From a virus (Duplodnaviria > Heunggongvirae > Uroviricota > Caudoviricetes): a DNA stretch of 64,000 bases. Of the stretch, positions 49,620 to 58,710 are shown piece by piece. A program made the translations under genes and the position numbers. The stretch's first letter is position 1. Every line of letters begins with the position of its first letter. The stretch lies in the IMG/VR virus record IMGVR_UViG_3300047160_005224, positions 32,403-96,402 of that record; one strand, written 5' to 3'. The notes under the pieces were generated by a model. It had not been told where the DNA came from. It ran no database searches and saw only the letters and a list, made by a program, of their open reading frames with translations.

Positions 49620-49648
49620 AGTATGCCGGAACCCTCCCCTCAATTCAA
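49620..49648 (-). promoter_or_regulatory. Sigma70-type early promoter
   Basis: TTGAAT (49648-49643), 17-nt spacer, CATACT (49625-49620); followed by a GGCGGG/CCCGCC 5' hairpin (49596-49610). Confidence 0.65.
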
Positions 49649-49664
49649 GAACTAAATTGCATGA

Positions 49665-49742
49665 AAAATCAGTGACTTACGCTGAATCCAAGCCGGTCAA
49701 TGTAAGTCATTGACCTGAAAGGGAACGTAAGTCACTGATTTT
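49665..49742. repeat. Nested inverted repeats built on a GTAAGTCA(C/T)TGA motif
   Basis: Perfect 17-bp IR (49665-49681 / 49726-49742) enclosing an 8-bp IR (49695-49702 / 49708-49715). Confidence 0.85.
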
Positions 49743-49866
49743 AAGGGATTTTCCGCTAACATTGCTTCTTAACGGAAATTTAACGTTTTGTTAAGGTTCA
49801 GACCGACCGCGTTCGATTGCTTCTTCGATCAGTCGATTGACCTTACGCATTTCCCTACGGCAGATT

Positions 49867-50187
49867 TCAAGTAGGAGGATTTGCCATTTGTGTCTGGACA
49901 TCAAGTGCTCTCTTCAATTCTTCGAGAGATGCAAACACACAGACTTTCTTGTCCATAGAACCGATCATTGTTAAGACCTGTTCTTTGTCTGTGTACAGAT
50001 ACATCTCGTTGGTTTGTTTATCAATGACTGCGCGATGAAATGGAGGACTGGTGAACTGACCCTTGTTGACTTCATCTACGCAAATAGCCACGCCGATTGT
50101 TTCAAATATTCTAACTGTCTTTTCGGTTGTTGTCGGTGCACAACCGACGACAAACAGTAGCGCAGCAACAAGCAGGTATTTGCGCAT
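49867..50187 (-). CDS. Lipoprotein
   Basis: MRKYLLVAALLFVVG-C lipobox signal. Confidence 0.75.
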   Translation of the reverse strand: MRKYLLVAALLFVVGCAPTTTEKTVRIFETIGVAICVDEVNKGQFTSPPFHRAVIDKQTNEMYLYTDKEQVLTMIGSMDKKVCVFASLEELKRALDVQTQMANPPT

Positions 50188-50196
50188 GATGGCACC

Positions 50197-50841
50197 TCAG
50201 TCTATGTAGAGCGCGAGATTCTCCTCGTTGATTGGAACTGCCTTGATAGCATGGACCAGTTGAACGTAGAAGTCTTGTTGGTCGAATGGTTTGTAACCCT
50301 TCTTCATGTACTTAGTGATACGATGAAGAGTTGCGACTGGGTATTCTACGCGATGGATGCGGAGAGTTCTCGTTTGAAGATCTTTCAGATCAGCAACGTT
50401 GAGATAGAAATCAGAAGGACGAATATCACCGCGAATCAACAACGTGCTGAACTGGCGCAGGCTGAGTCCAAACCGACAGATCGTGAAATCGAAGCTGCTC
50501 AACAATTCACCAATGCCAACATAGAATCGCTTGGCAATCAGTTGGACTTTCATGTCCATGAATTTATACGTGAACAACTCGCCTTCTGGGCAACTGAACA
50601 CCAACTTAGCACCAGCGAACTTCAATGCTGTCTTTGTGTATTGGAGAGCAGCATCGCTGTAGAAGAACAGATCGATGTCTTCAAGCGGTTCACCAGTGAG
50701 CATCGTGCGGCAAGCACCACCTGCACAGAACACTTCGCGATCGTAGATGTCACCGACATACTTTGATATTGAGCGAAGAGCTTCTGCGACCTTTTCGCCG
50801 TTCTGGTTCGGGATCCCATTGAGAAGCGGAAGTTGATTCAT
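50197..50841 (-). CDS. Pol-beta-family nucleotidyltransferase (CCA-adding/poly(A) polymerase head-like)
   Basis: AGGACR...DIDLFF, SFDFTIC, R..KY..KGY. Confidence 0.8.
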   Translation of the reverse strand: MNQLPLLNGIPNQNGEKVAEALRSISKYVGDIYDREVFCAGGACRTMLTGEPLEDIDLFFYSDAALQYTKTALKFAGAKLVFSCPEGELFTYKFMDMKVQLIAKRFYVGIGELLSSFDFTICRFGLSLRQFSTLLIRGDIRPSDFYLNVADLKDLQTRTLRIHRVEYPVATLHRITKYMKKGYKPFDQQDFYVQLVHAIKAVPINEENLALYID

Positions 50842-51370
50842 GTATCTTTTTCACCATGCTGTAATAGACGTCATCAGGCACATGCCAACCATCGTTGATG
50901 TATTTGTACATGCGCTGTATTTGAAAGATGAGGAATTTGTCACACTTTCCTGGAATCAAAGTTTTGGTTCTGATCGAGTCCAAGGTCAATGGGTGGAGGA
51001 TGTAATTCATTTGCATGTCACAGACAGCAGCAGAATGCATCCAGTCTTTGTGTTCTATCTGAAACTCAAGAGGACCATAGTACCAATTGCATGCATCGTA
51101 TGCATGCCCATCACTTTTACGAAACACTGTGATGTAGTCACGTGTGTTGTCGCGCGAAGAAGCCAGATGTTTCGTGCATTCAACGTCAGAGCGAGCAAGC
51201 ATTCTCTGCTCAAACTCAATGTACGTTTCATGATCTTTGAATATGAGATCGGTGTCCCGAATGCGACTGCCTGTCAAGACACCGAGAACAGACCCGCCTA
51301 TGCACCAGATGTCTAGGTCATCACAATTGAGGAACTGCAGACGTTCTCTTAGAACTTGTTCTGCATCCAA
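50750..51370 (-). CDS. Second, paralogous Pol-beta-family nucleotidyltransferase (TTG start assumed)
   Basis: IGGSV...RDTDLIF, R.YKYI..GW; overlaps the downstream gene by 92 nt. Confidence 0.65.
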   Translation of the reverse strand: MDAEQVLRERLQFLNCDDLDIWCIGGSVLGVLTGSRIRDTDLIFKDHETYIEFEQRMLARSDVECTKHLASSRDNTRDYITVFRKSDGHAYDACNWYYGPLEFQIEHKDWMHSAAVCDMQMNYILHPLTLDSIRTKTLIPGKCDKFLIFQIQRMYKYINDGWHVPDDVYYSMVKKIHESTSASQWDPEPERRKGRRSSSLNIKVCR

Positions 51371-51732
51371 TAGAACATGTGGCGATAGATGTTGTCCTTG
51401 CCCACCGGATTCATCGTATGAATGTAGAATTCCGGTTCCTTGTCGATCCTGTTTGAATCGTAGAAGTGTGTCAGCCATACCGCCGCGTGATAGCCTGTCT
51501 TTTCTCTCTTGTTGTAGTCGATCTTGTCGCCAACGTCAGTGTAGTGATCAAAGGAAAGATCGTGATCGAAGCTGAACACATCGTATGTGTATCCGGCAGC
51601 ATGATACTGCTTGACGGCATCGACAAACGCATCGTAAGAACGTACAACGGTCCACTGAATATCGTTTGGATATTTCACCCAGGTGACTTGACTCACTTTG
51701 CGCTCATCGTCCAGAAAGAGACCCTGCTTCAT
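51349..51732 (-). CDS. Cyclic-phosphate-processing receiver-like domain protein
   Basis: LFLDDER, SFDHDL, TGY, IHTMNPVG...I motifs. Confidence 0.75.
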   Translation of the reverse strand: MKQGLFLDDERKVSQVTWVKYPNDIQWTVVRSYDAFVDAVKQYHAAGYTYDVFSFDHDLSFDHYTDVGDKIDYNKREKTGYHAAVWLTHFYDSNRIDKEPEFYIHTMNPVGKDNIYRHMFYWMQNKF

Positions 51733-52034
51733 TTCTTCAATTCCTTGAGCTTGACATATTCTGCAGCAAGTTCAGCCACGATGGTTTCAGTCACATGTTC
51801 TCCAATGCAGACACCGTCAGCGGCAGTTGCTCCGGGGAAGTTCTTCTGATCATCCTTGAACCATGGATAACCAAGAGCTTTGCCTGCTGCTTGCTCCATT
51901 TCATCAAGCCCACGCATCATGCTCTTATGGATCTTCAACGCGCGCTCGAGAATGTAGATGATTCGTTCGCGATCAACTTCAACACCAGTCTTCAAATCTT
52001 GCAACAGAAAAGCCAAATCATCATCAAACGACAT
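51729..52034 (-). CDS. Hypothetical protein
   Basis: Start MSFDD, 2 nt after the upstream stop. Confidence 0.55.
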   Translation of the reverse strand: MSFDDDLAFLLQDLKTGVEVDRERIIYILERALKIHKSMMRGLDEMEQAAGKALGYPWFKDDQKNFPGATAADGVCIGEHVTETIVAELAAEYVKLKELKK

Positions 52035-52035
52035 C

Positions 52036-52269
52036 TCAAAGTTCCTTGTAACTATTATTTCTACCTGCTTCAATAGCTGCATCATAATCGGACAACATGA
52101 TCTCAAACATCTTGTCAGAAGCAGCTGCTTTCTTTCCACCGCGTTTGAGCAAACTCACGGCAGCAACGAGTGAGGCGAGAATGTTCTTGAACACATCACT
52201 GGAAAGCGTCGCACGCTTTCCTGCTTTGTATCCAGAGTTGTACGCTTCCTCAAGACCATCACGGTTCAC
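52036..52269 (-). CDS. Hypothetical protein
   Basis: Coupled ORF. Confidence 0.55.
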   Translation of the reverse strand: MNRDGLEEAYNSGYKAGKRATLSSDVFKNILASLVAAVSLLKRGGKKAAASDKMFEIMLSDYDAAIEAGRNNSYKEL

Positions 52270-52685
52270 AGAAGTGCCGTTGTAAAATCCATTCCTTTGA
52301 TAGCATTCAACAATTTATCGACTTGGTATCCGGTGAACATTGGAACCCAGCCATCACCTGCAGGACGAATGCTGTTTGGATGAAACTTCAAATCCAGCAC
52401 ATCGCCTTTGTCAATACCTTCACTATCACGATCAGCATAAGTCGGCAACACCCATGCCGCAGCTTTACTGTTTGTAATGGAAATTGTTGATGAAGGTTGC
52501 TCAACGATGATAGGTGGAGCACATCCACCACAATCAACGGCTTCAACCGGATGATTGAGATGTTCAGCAACCAGTGTACTGATAGTGCGGAGCTTTTCGG
52601 TGACGTCTTTGTCAGACCATGCACCGACATGAGTGGCGATTGTACGAAGTGCGCCTGGCACTTCCATGATTGTTAGGTTCTTCAT
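52266..52685 (-). CDS. Hypothetical protein
   Basis: Start MKNLT, 2 nt after the upstream stop. Confidence 0.55.
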   Translation of the reverse strand: MKNLTIMEVPGALRTIATHVGAWSDKDVTEKLRTISTLVAEHLNHPVEAVDCGGCAPPIIVEQPSSTISITNSKAAAWVLPTYADRDSEGIDKGDVLDLKFHPNSIRPAGDGWVPMFTGYQVDKLLNAIKGMDFTTALL

Positions 52686-52686
52686 A

Positions 52687-52824
52687 TCACCATCCCTTCT
52701 TTGGGAAGTTCCAGCCATGTTCCCAGCCACATTGCTGGCATTCATAGCGCCCCGACCAATTGATCGACACGGTGTGCTTCCTTCCACGCAACAAGTGATA
52801 CAGGAAATGCTTGAACTTACTCAT
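52687..52824 (-). CDS. Small CxxC protein (45 aa)
   Basis: Manual translation MSKFKHFLYHLLRGRKHTVSINWSGRYECQQCGWEHGWNFPKKGW; ATGA-coupled; fills the apparent gap exactly. Confidence 0.55.
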   Translation of the reverse strand: MSKFKHFLYHLLRGRKHTVSINWSGRYECQQCGWEHGWNFPKKGW

Positions 52825-53072
52825 AGCTTTAGATCGTTCGACATCACGGAAGCAACGAGCGCGTTCAGGTCGTTGAGACCATTCATCACATCATCCATCT
52901 TCTTCAGATTGACGTGAGTCGCGCTCTTTTGTTCCTTGATGGTATGTTGCATGCGCTTGATGCTGTCATTCACATGCATCATGAAGGCAACACTCTTGTT
53001 GAGATTCAGTTCCTTGATGTAAGGACTGTTCTCGAATTCAGCCTTTGCTTTGATCAGGGTCGACTTGTTCAT
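52821..53072 (-). CDS. Hypothetical protein
   Basis: Co-oriented ORF. Confidence 0.6.
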   Translation of the reverse strand: MNKSTLIKAKAEFENSPYIKELNLNKSVAFMMHVNDSIKRMQHTIKEQKSATHVNLKKMDDVMNGLNDLNALVASVMSNDLKL

Positions 53073-53087
53073 GATGTAGAGTCAGTT

Positions 53088-53297
53088 TCAGGACTGTTGT
53101 TTGGGAGGAGAGTTGATGATGCGTTCGAGTGTCTCGCGCTGATAAAGCGTCGTCCCTTGATAGTAGACGAACGACATGTTGAAGAACACCAGAACGAACA
53201 CGATCCAGTGATTGGCGCCAACCAGCACGGCAAGGATGAACCAGAAGATCAACTGCCATACGGTGTCGATCACTTCCATCGTTTTGAGTCTGAGCAT
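53088..53297 (-). CDS. Small membrane protein
   Basis: Hydrophobic WQLIFWFILAVLVGANHWIVFVLVFF. Confidence 0.6.
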   Translation of the reverse strand: MLRLKTMEVIDTVWQLIFWFILAVLVGANHWIVFVLVFFNMSFVYYQGTTLYQRETLERIINSPPKQQS

Positions 53298-53545
53298 TAT
53301 TCGTGACCTTTCTTTTTGAGTTCAACCATCACTTCTTCCCAGGCTTCTTGGACTTCAACCCAGGCAACCATGACGCGCTTGCTCTCGGTAACCAGAATCA
53401 TTTTAGCACGATCTGGCCCCAAGGACTCTGTCTCAATTTCAAACAACTCGTCCGGTCCAACAACGGAACGGAGAGCGTTAGTGAGAATTTCCTTCAGATC
53501 CTGCTGTGCCGGTGTCAGTTGTTGTGGCGACGGGGAAGTCCGCAT
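53297..53545 (-). CDS. Hypothetical protein
   Basis: TAATG-type coupling to the next gene; start uncertain. Confidence 0.45.
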   Translation of the reverse strand: MRTSPSPQQLTPAQQDLKEILTNALRSVVGPDELFEIETESLGPDRAKMILVTESKRVMVAWVEVQEAWEEVMVELKKKGHE

Positions 53546-53729
53546 TACAAATGATAGTGGGAAGAGGATAAGGCGCTTGAGGCGTTGAAGGAGGGACATA
53601 AGGAACCTGATTGTTGGGACAGTGAAGACACATCTGCACATACGGAGAATAGCACCGTTGGCATCGTGGACATACCCATCCTTGTTGGGGATCTCGAAAG
53701 AAATCGCCAGTGGTGTAACTCATTTCCAC
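53478..53729 (-). CDS. Zinc-ribbon protein
   Basis: GWVCPRC...SP...C..C motif common in phages. Confidence 0.65.
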   Translation of the reverse strand: MEMSYTTGDFFRDPQQGWVCPRCQRCYSPYVQMCLHCPNNQVPYVPPSTPQAPYPLPTIICNADFPVATTTDTGTAGSEGNSH

Positions 53730-54088
53730 TTGATCTCGATCGTGGTTTCGACGAATGTACGATTGATGAAGTCGTAATCATTGTCGTACAGATTGTTCTG
53801 CGCGATGTGCGCCGCAGCATGCAACTTTCGTGCCGAGGTGATGAAGACTTTGTATCCCATGCTTGTCAATTCAGACTTGATGAGCTGGAAGTCCAGATCT
53901 TCCTTGACCTTCAACATGCACTCGAATTGACCATTCTTTGCTGCTTCGATGATCGTGCGAGTGATGGTATTGCGCAGGAAGACGCGAGTCGCGCGTTCCT
54001 TGGTGTTGGATGCTTCGTGAATCGCATCATGCGTCATCTTATTCACGCTTTCTGCGTTCGGAAGTGTTACCGGATTCGGAGTGCTCAT
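53720..54088 (-). CDS. Hypothetical protein
   Basis: GGAG RBS before MSTPN. Confidence 0.6.
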   Translation of the reverse strand: MSTPNPVTLPNAESVNKMTHDAIHEASNTKERATRVFLRNTITRTIIEAAKNGQFECMLKVKEDLDFQLIKSELTSMGYKVFITSARKLHAAAHIAQNNLYDNDYDFINRTFVETTIEIKWK

Positions 54089-54188
54089 GATGTTCTCCAA
54101 AAGAGTGAACGACCAAGGTTTAATAAGTGAGTCCCTTGTTAAAGGTTACCACCCATCAAACCTCGGTCATTCTAGTTACCAGTTCAGA

Positions 54189-55193
54189 TTACCAGTCGCT
54201 GCTGGAAGAACCGGAGTCGAAAGAGCTGCCGCTGTCGTACGACGAAGAAGACGAGCCACTGTCCCACGAGGAGCTGCTGGACGAACCAGAATCCCAGGAG
54301 GAAGAACTCGAAGACGAGGAGCTTCCAGAGTCCCAAGAACTGGAGGAACTGGACTTGTCGGAGTCGTCATCACGCGAGGAACTGCCGCTGTCCCAGGAAG
54401 AACTGCTCGACTTGTGGCTGGAGCCGGTGTCGAAATCGTCATTGGAACGACTCGGCGCATCGCGTTCGATGATGGTCGTGGTATTGTGATCGTGGCCATG
54501 GTCACTCAGCATGCTTCCGACCAGAAGACCCGTGAGCAGACCATCGTTGCCGTTGTTGATCACAGTTGTGGAAGCTTGCGGAGCAGCAGGAGAAACCGAA
54601 GCCGGTGGCGTGTACGAAGAACGCGGAGGAGTGGAGACTGGCGCATCACGATATTGGCGACCCGAGCCATTTCCGTAACCAGCGAACTGGGTACGATTGG
54701 AACTGCCATAGCTGTCGAGCTTGGAGTCGACGCGGTTCTTGGCATTGGCAGCCAAAGCTTCAGCAGCCAGCGTCGCCTTCTTGGCAGCGCCATTCTTGAT
54801 CAGGCGAGTGATCACGTAAGCAGCGAACAGAGCGAACACCAGGACAAAGAAGCCCCAGACGAACGGATGGGAACCTTCACCTGGATGCGACACAGAGTAG
54901 TCGTTGTCCGTCTTGACCATGACGGTTGCATCGGTCACTGCCAACTTGGCGCGCAGTTCGTTGTAGGAGTTCTGGTTGCCGACGAAGGTGTGCAGCGGAT
55001 CGAGCTGATCGGCACGATGCAGAGCCGTCGAAGCTTCCTGCAGATTGCCGAGATGCACATCGCTCTGGGCCAGATAGTACCAGGACTTGGCATCGTTCGG
55101 ATGGTCCTTGGTCAGGGAGAGCGCCAGATCACGAGCCTTGTCCCACTGCTCCGCACTCGCGGCGTTGGTCACATCATTGTAGGTGACGTACAT
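54189..55193 (-). CDS. TPR-containing membrane protein with Ser-rich (SSSWDSG) tail
   Basis: HPNDAKSWYYLAQ...ALHRADQLDP TPR; TM FVWGFFVLVFALFAAYVI; repeated SSWDSGSSS. Confidence 0.75.
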   Translation of the reverse strand: MYVTYNDVTNAASAEQWDKARDLALSLTKDHPNDAKSWYYLAQSDVHLGNLQEASTALHRADQLDPLHTFVGNQNSYNELRAKLAVTDATVMVKTDNDYSVSHPGEGSHPFVWGFFVLVFALFAAYVITRLIKNGAAKKATLAAEALAANAKNRVDSKLDSYGSSNRTQFAGYGNGSGRQYRDAPVSTPPRSSYTPPASVSPAAPQASTTVINNGNDGLLTGLLVGSMLSDHGHDHNTTTIIERDAPSRSNDDFDTGSSHKSSSSSWDSGSSSRDDDSDKSSSSSSWDSGSSSSSSSSSWDSGSSSSSSWDSGSSSSSYDSGSSFDSGSSSSDW

Positions 55194-55268
55194 GGTTGTT
55201 CCTGAGTTGGTTGATGGAGTTTGATGAAACAAAAAGGTTCAACGAGGCTTCATTATGCCTGAGTCAGC

Positions 55269-55526
55269 TTACAAAGATTCCGTATACACGTCAATCATCT
55301 TCGCACGAAGTTTCTTGAGGAACAAGATGAAGTCATCGATTTCTGTTACAGTGATGGCTTCGATTTTGCCAGCCCAACTGTATTCACCATCGATCTTGAC
55401 ATCAGCCACCGTAAATTCGTCAGATCGAATGATTGCTGCGTATCTGATTTTCTTAGCATCACACTGCTTTGTTTCAACGAACGTTGTTCTCGTCATTCGC
55501 TTCCACCACATAAGCAATCGCCGCAT
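55269..55526 (-). CDS. Hypothetical protein
   Basis: Co-oriented ORF. Confidence 0.5.
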   Translation of the reverse strand: MRRLLMWWKRMTRTTFVETKQCDAKKIRYAAIIRSDEFTVADVKIDGEYSWAGKIEAITVTEIDDFILFLKKLRAKMIDVYTESL

Positions 55527-55728
55527 TGTTTACCAACACGTGGGCTAATCCAAGTGTATCTGATGCTCCAGTCTCACGAAGGATCTCAATGAGTTGATAC
55601 AACTTCCAATTGGGTTCGATGTAACAACCTTGCGCCAACATCTGCAATTCTTTACACAGATCAACGAGATTGCTGACAGCGTATTCAATTGCACGATCCA
55701 TTATTTCTGTTATTTCTTTGATGGACAT
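55474..55728 (-). CDS. Hypothetical protein
   Basis: TAATG coupling, start MSIKE. Confidence 0.55.
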   Translation of the reverse strand: MSIKEITEIMDRAIEYAVSNLVDLCKELQMLAQGCYIEPNWKLYQLIEILRETGASDTLGLAHVLVNNAAIAYVVEANDENNVR

Positions 55729-56243
55729 TAGATGGTTGCCTTCTTGCCACATGCGTAACAATCGTACGGACCGTTGCCTTCTGTGTCAAACACGCCATTC
55801 GGTTCGCATGTATTACAACGTTTGATTGTATAGAGAGGTTCTACAACAACCGTCCGAGGAACTGTATATCCATGCTCGTCTGCTTCTCTCGAAAACCCGA
55901 TAACAGTAGTTCCATTTGGATGAGTAGCGATGTGTCGATAACCAACAATATGATGGCCCCAAACAACAGCACGGCGGAGTTGGTTGTATGCTTCCGAAGC
56001 CATGTCCTGCATGTCGTTCTTCGACAATTTTCCGCCATCAGCGATCTGTGCCATATTTTGCCAAACAATATCTGGCACTACCAAAAGTTGCATCTGGCGA
56101 TCTCGAGAAATGCATTCGAGAGCTGCGCGCATATGACGTTTGCACAGCTCATAATCTTCTGGTGAAACATTGTCCATGGTTTCGCCAATGGCTGCTGCAC
56201 CAAAAGTCAGTGCGCGATCAACATCAGCTTCTGTCACTTTCAT
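55728..56243 (-). CDS. Hypothetical protein with C-terminal CxxC...CxxC
   Basis: CNTC...GPYDCYACG. Confidence 0.65.
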   Translation of the reverse strand: MKVTEADVDRALTFGAAAIGETMDNVSPEDYELCKRHMRAALECISRDRQMQLLVVPDIVWQNMAQIADGGKLSKNDMQDMASEAYNQLRRAVVWGHHIVGYRHIATHPNGTTVIGFSREADEHGYTVPRTVVVEPLYTIKRCNTCEPNGVFDTEGNGPYDCYACGKKATI

Positions 56244-56382
56244 CTTCTTGTTCCTTGATCACTGGTGTGATACCAAATGCCTTGTAGATTCGCAGCATTT
56301 GCTCACGAACGGATTCTTTCTGCACCGGAGCTTCAGGTGCACCTCTCCAAAAGTTGAGTGGAGAGCCGTAGTCATAGTCCAT
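56224..56382 (-). CDS. Hypothetical protein
   Basis: AAGGAG RBS before MDYDY. Confidence 0.5.
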   Translation of the reverse strand: MDYDYGSPLNFWRGAPEAPVQKESVREQMLRIYKAFGITPVIKEQEDESDRS

Positions 56383-56656
56383 GTTGGACTCCTTTGAACA
56401 GAGTTCCACGTTTGGCGCGAACTCTCAATGCTGTTTCTCGCAGAGTGATTTCGATGGCGCCAAGTTCAACAGCCTTGGCTCGCTTCGTCAGACAGATGTC
56501 GTAGTGCTCGCGAGGTTCGCCTGGATATTGGATCCACTTCCGAGCAACACCAATTTGGTCAGCCATCACATCCAACTCTTCACGAGTGTCTGCTGTCATA
56601 TGGCACATGATCAATCGACCATATGGTGCCCGCATGTCATCTACGTACACTGCCAT
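56372..56656 (-). CDS. DUF4031-family protein
   Basis: MAVYVDD, MCHM.AD..EEL..MA..IG..RKW.Q, HYDI. Confidence 0.8.
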   Translation of the reverse strand: MAVYVDDMRAPYGRLIMCHMTADTREELDVMADQIGVARKWIQYPGEPREHYDICLTKRAKAVELGAIEITLRETALRVRAKRGTLFKGVQHGL

Positions 56657-56948
56657 TGGCCAACTCCTTCTCAACTTCGATCAGCAAATGAGCACGATTG
56701 ATACCAGCACGCCAGGAAGTGATAGCACTAGCCTTGACACCATATTCCAAAGCGAGAGCAGCCGTCGTTTCGCCGGTCAAACTCTTGCGAAGGATTTCTT
56801 TGACGGTTGCATCAGAAACAGCACGAGGTTTGGCTTTGCTGGCCTTCTCCTTCTTGACAATTTTTGTCGGAGGAAGGCTCTTAGCCATCTTGTACAAGGT
56901 CGCGTTGAACAACCCTTGACCATTTCGTTCGATCTGGAAAGCGCGCAT
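56637..56948 (-). CDS. Putative HTH DNA-binding protein
   Basis: TTAALALEYGVKASAITSWR helix-turn-helix pattern. Confidence 0.55.
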   Translation of the reverse strand: MRAFQIERNGQGLFNATLYKMAKSLPPTKIVKKEKASKAKPRAVSDATVKEILRKSLTGETTAALALEYGVKASAITSWRAGINRAHLLIEVEKELANGSVRR

Positions 56949-57005
56949 GTTGATTCGTCTATATTAAGCGGACAGTCCTGATTATACTCATGGCGAAACC
57001 AAAGT

Positions 57006-57013
57006 CATACATA
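57006..57013 (+). promoter_or_regulatory. Late promoter-like CATACATA upstream of the endolysin
   Basis: 25 nt before the start of an isolated plus-strand late gene. Confidence 0.55.
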
Positions 57014-57037
57014 CGTTGACTCATATGGAGAACAACA

Positions 57038-57517
57038 ATGAACATTAGCGACACTGGTTTGTCTCTCATCAAGCAATTTGAGAGCTTTCGAGCAGATGCC
57101 TATCTTGATGCAGTTGGTATTCCAACCATCGGATATGGAACAACACGCATCAATGGTCAACCAGTCAAGCTTGGAATGACATGCACGGAAGCACAGGCAA
57201 CACAATACATGCGTTCGGATCTTCAAGGATTTGAAGATTCTATTCAAGACAAGGTCAATGTTCCGTTGACGCAGAATCAATTTGATGCTCTGTGCAGCCT
57301 AGTATATAACATTGGTGTTGGCAATTTTGCCAAATCCAGTCTGTTGATCGCGTTAAACCAAAACTCATATCGAATCGCTCAGGCTCGCTTTCTTCTTTGG
57401 AACAAGGCTGGTGGAAAGGTTCTCAAGGGATTGGTGCGTAGACGTCTTGCAGAAGCTGAACTGTTTGGACCTCTATCTCAAAAGGAACTGATTGATTCGT
57501 TCCACGTCGAGATTTGA
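57038..57517 (+). CDS. Endolysin, GH24 phage lysozyme
   Basis: FES...AYLD.VG.PTIGYG.T, QNQFDAL.S..YNIG, W.KAGGKVL.GL..RR.AE. Confidence 0.93.
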   Translation: MNISDTGLSLIKQFESFRADAYLDAVGIPTIGYGTTRINGQPVKLGMTCTEAQATQYMRSDLQGFEDSIQDKVNVPLTQNQFDALCSLVYNIGVGNFAKSSLLIALNQNSYRIAQARFLLWNKAGGKVLKGLVRRRLAEAELFGPLSQKELIDSFHVEI

Positions 57518-57520
57518 TGT

Positions 57521-57544
57521 TGAAGGAGCCGAAAGGCTCCTTCA
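57521..57544. terminator. Hairpin between convergent genes (bidirectional terminator-like)
   Basis: tgaaggagcc-GAAA-ggctccttca, perfect 10-bp stem. Confidence 0.75.
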
Positions 57545-57548
57545 TTGT

Positions 57549-58508
57549 TTATAGATTGGCCAGAAGAGCTTCCCATTCAAGCTTTCTATTGTCCCAAGAA
57601 TACATGAAGTCAGCGTATGTCTTTTGGAAATTCAGATATTCTTTGCCAATCGTGCCGTTGTTTTTATGTGCATTGATAACACCATCCAATACACCATAGA
57701 AAAGTTGGGCATGCAATTGATTGCTTTGTTGCCACTGATACATGTGAGCGAAACCAGCAGTCGTCTCTGGCAAAGCAGCAAGGTTCGGACACACGATGCT
57801 ACACCCAGCACTCATGGCTTCAATAGCGCAGATGCATGAAGTCTCCTGCCAAATCGATGGATAGGCGAAGATGTGTGCTTCTGCGAGAGCCTTGCGAACT
57901 ACTTCGTTGGGTTGGCTACCATGATAATTGATCTTAGGATGAGCCTTGCAACGTTCAAACAGTTCTTGATACTGCGCATCACGTTCCTTCCAGCCATACA
58001 ACTCGAAGCTGCTGAACACATCCAATTCGATGTCATCATGAACTTGACATAGTGCTTCGAACACTGGAACAAGAATCTCCAAACCCCGATGAGGCGTTGG
58101 ATGATAGATCAGTTTGATCTTATCCTTTGGTTTGTTGATCATCTCATACGGAATCGGATTGATCGCATTCTTGATGACAAGGCTTTCTGCGTAAGAAACG
58201 CCAAGCACTTGCATGTATTGCTGCATCTGCCAGTTGCTGACAAACACGAGCTTATCAAAGTTCGCGCGGCGTTCTGGAATCTTCAGATGCTGAGACTCTG
58301 GATCCCATGGAAGGTCATGAAGCCAAAGCACATGCTTCTTGTTTGGTTCCAATTCACGGACGCGTGAACGGATGACTTGCACATTCTCTAGCAGGGATGG
58401 ATCGATGTGTTCTGCAAGCCACTTGCCTTGCAATTCGGTCCCGCCCATCGCGTTCTTGTCCAGTTCATTCTGACCAGTAGAACGGCTGTCAACTATTTCA
58501 ATTCGCAT
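57549..58508 (-). CDS. Glycosyltransferase, GT4-like (GT-B)
   Basis: GGTE, WLHDLP, FVSNWQ, PHRGLE, YPS.WQETSCI.A.EAM.AG. Confidence 0.85.
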   Translation of the reverse strand: MRIEIVDSRSTGQNELDKNAMGGTELQGKWLAEHIDPSLLENVQVIRSRVRELEPNKKHVLWLHDLPWDPESQHLKIPERRANFDKLVFVSNWQMQQYMQVLGVSYAESLVIKNAINPIPYEMINKPKDKIKLIYHPTPHRGLEILVPVFEALCQVHDDIELDVFSSFELYGWKERDAQYQELFERCKAHPKINYHGSQPNEVVRKALAEAHIFAYPSIWQETSCICAIEAMSAGCSIVCPNLAALPETTAGFAHMYQWQQSNQLHAQLFYGVLDGVINAHKNNGTIGKEYLNFQKTYADFMYSWDNRKLEWEALLANL

Positions 58509-58710
58509 CTTCACTCCAAGAGAACCCACAGATGCCACAAGTGCAGAATCGTGTGTAGTAAGCCTTGTCATCCCATTCACTATTGGATCGTGAAGTGGAC
58601 GAGTTCAGTGCTTCTACAGGATGAGAACACTTCTTTTGAAGGTCAATGACTTTCTTCTGAGCCTCTTCGATGACCTTGCGAAGATCCATGATATCACTAT
58701 GCAGACTCAT
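58498..58710 (-). CDS. Small protein with C.H...C..C
   Basis: Coupled ORF. Confidence 0.55.
   Translation of the reverse strand: MSLHSDIMDLRKVIEEAQKKVIDLQKKCSHPVEALNSSTSRSNSEWDDKAYYTRFCTCGICGFSWSEDAN

Noticed and set aside
50750-50841. 92-nt overlap of the two nucleotidyltransferase genes as a recoding signal
   Set aside because: No slippery site seen; most simply a lost stop codon giving a nonsense tail
52686-52820. Apparent structured intergenic region / N-terminal extension of ORF 52266-52787
   Set aside because: Explained by a 45-aa CxxC ORF (52687-52824) missed by the ORF track
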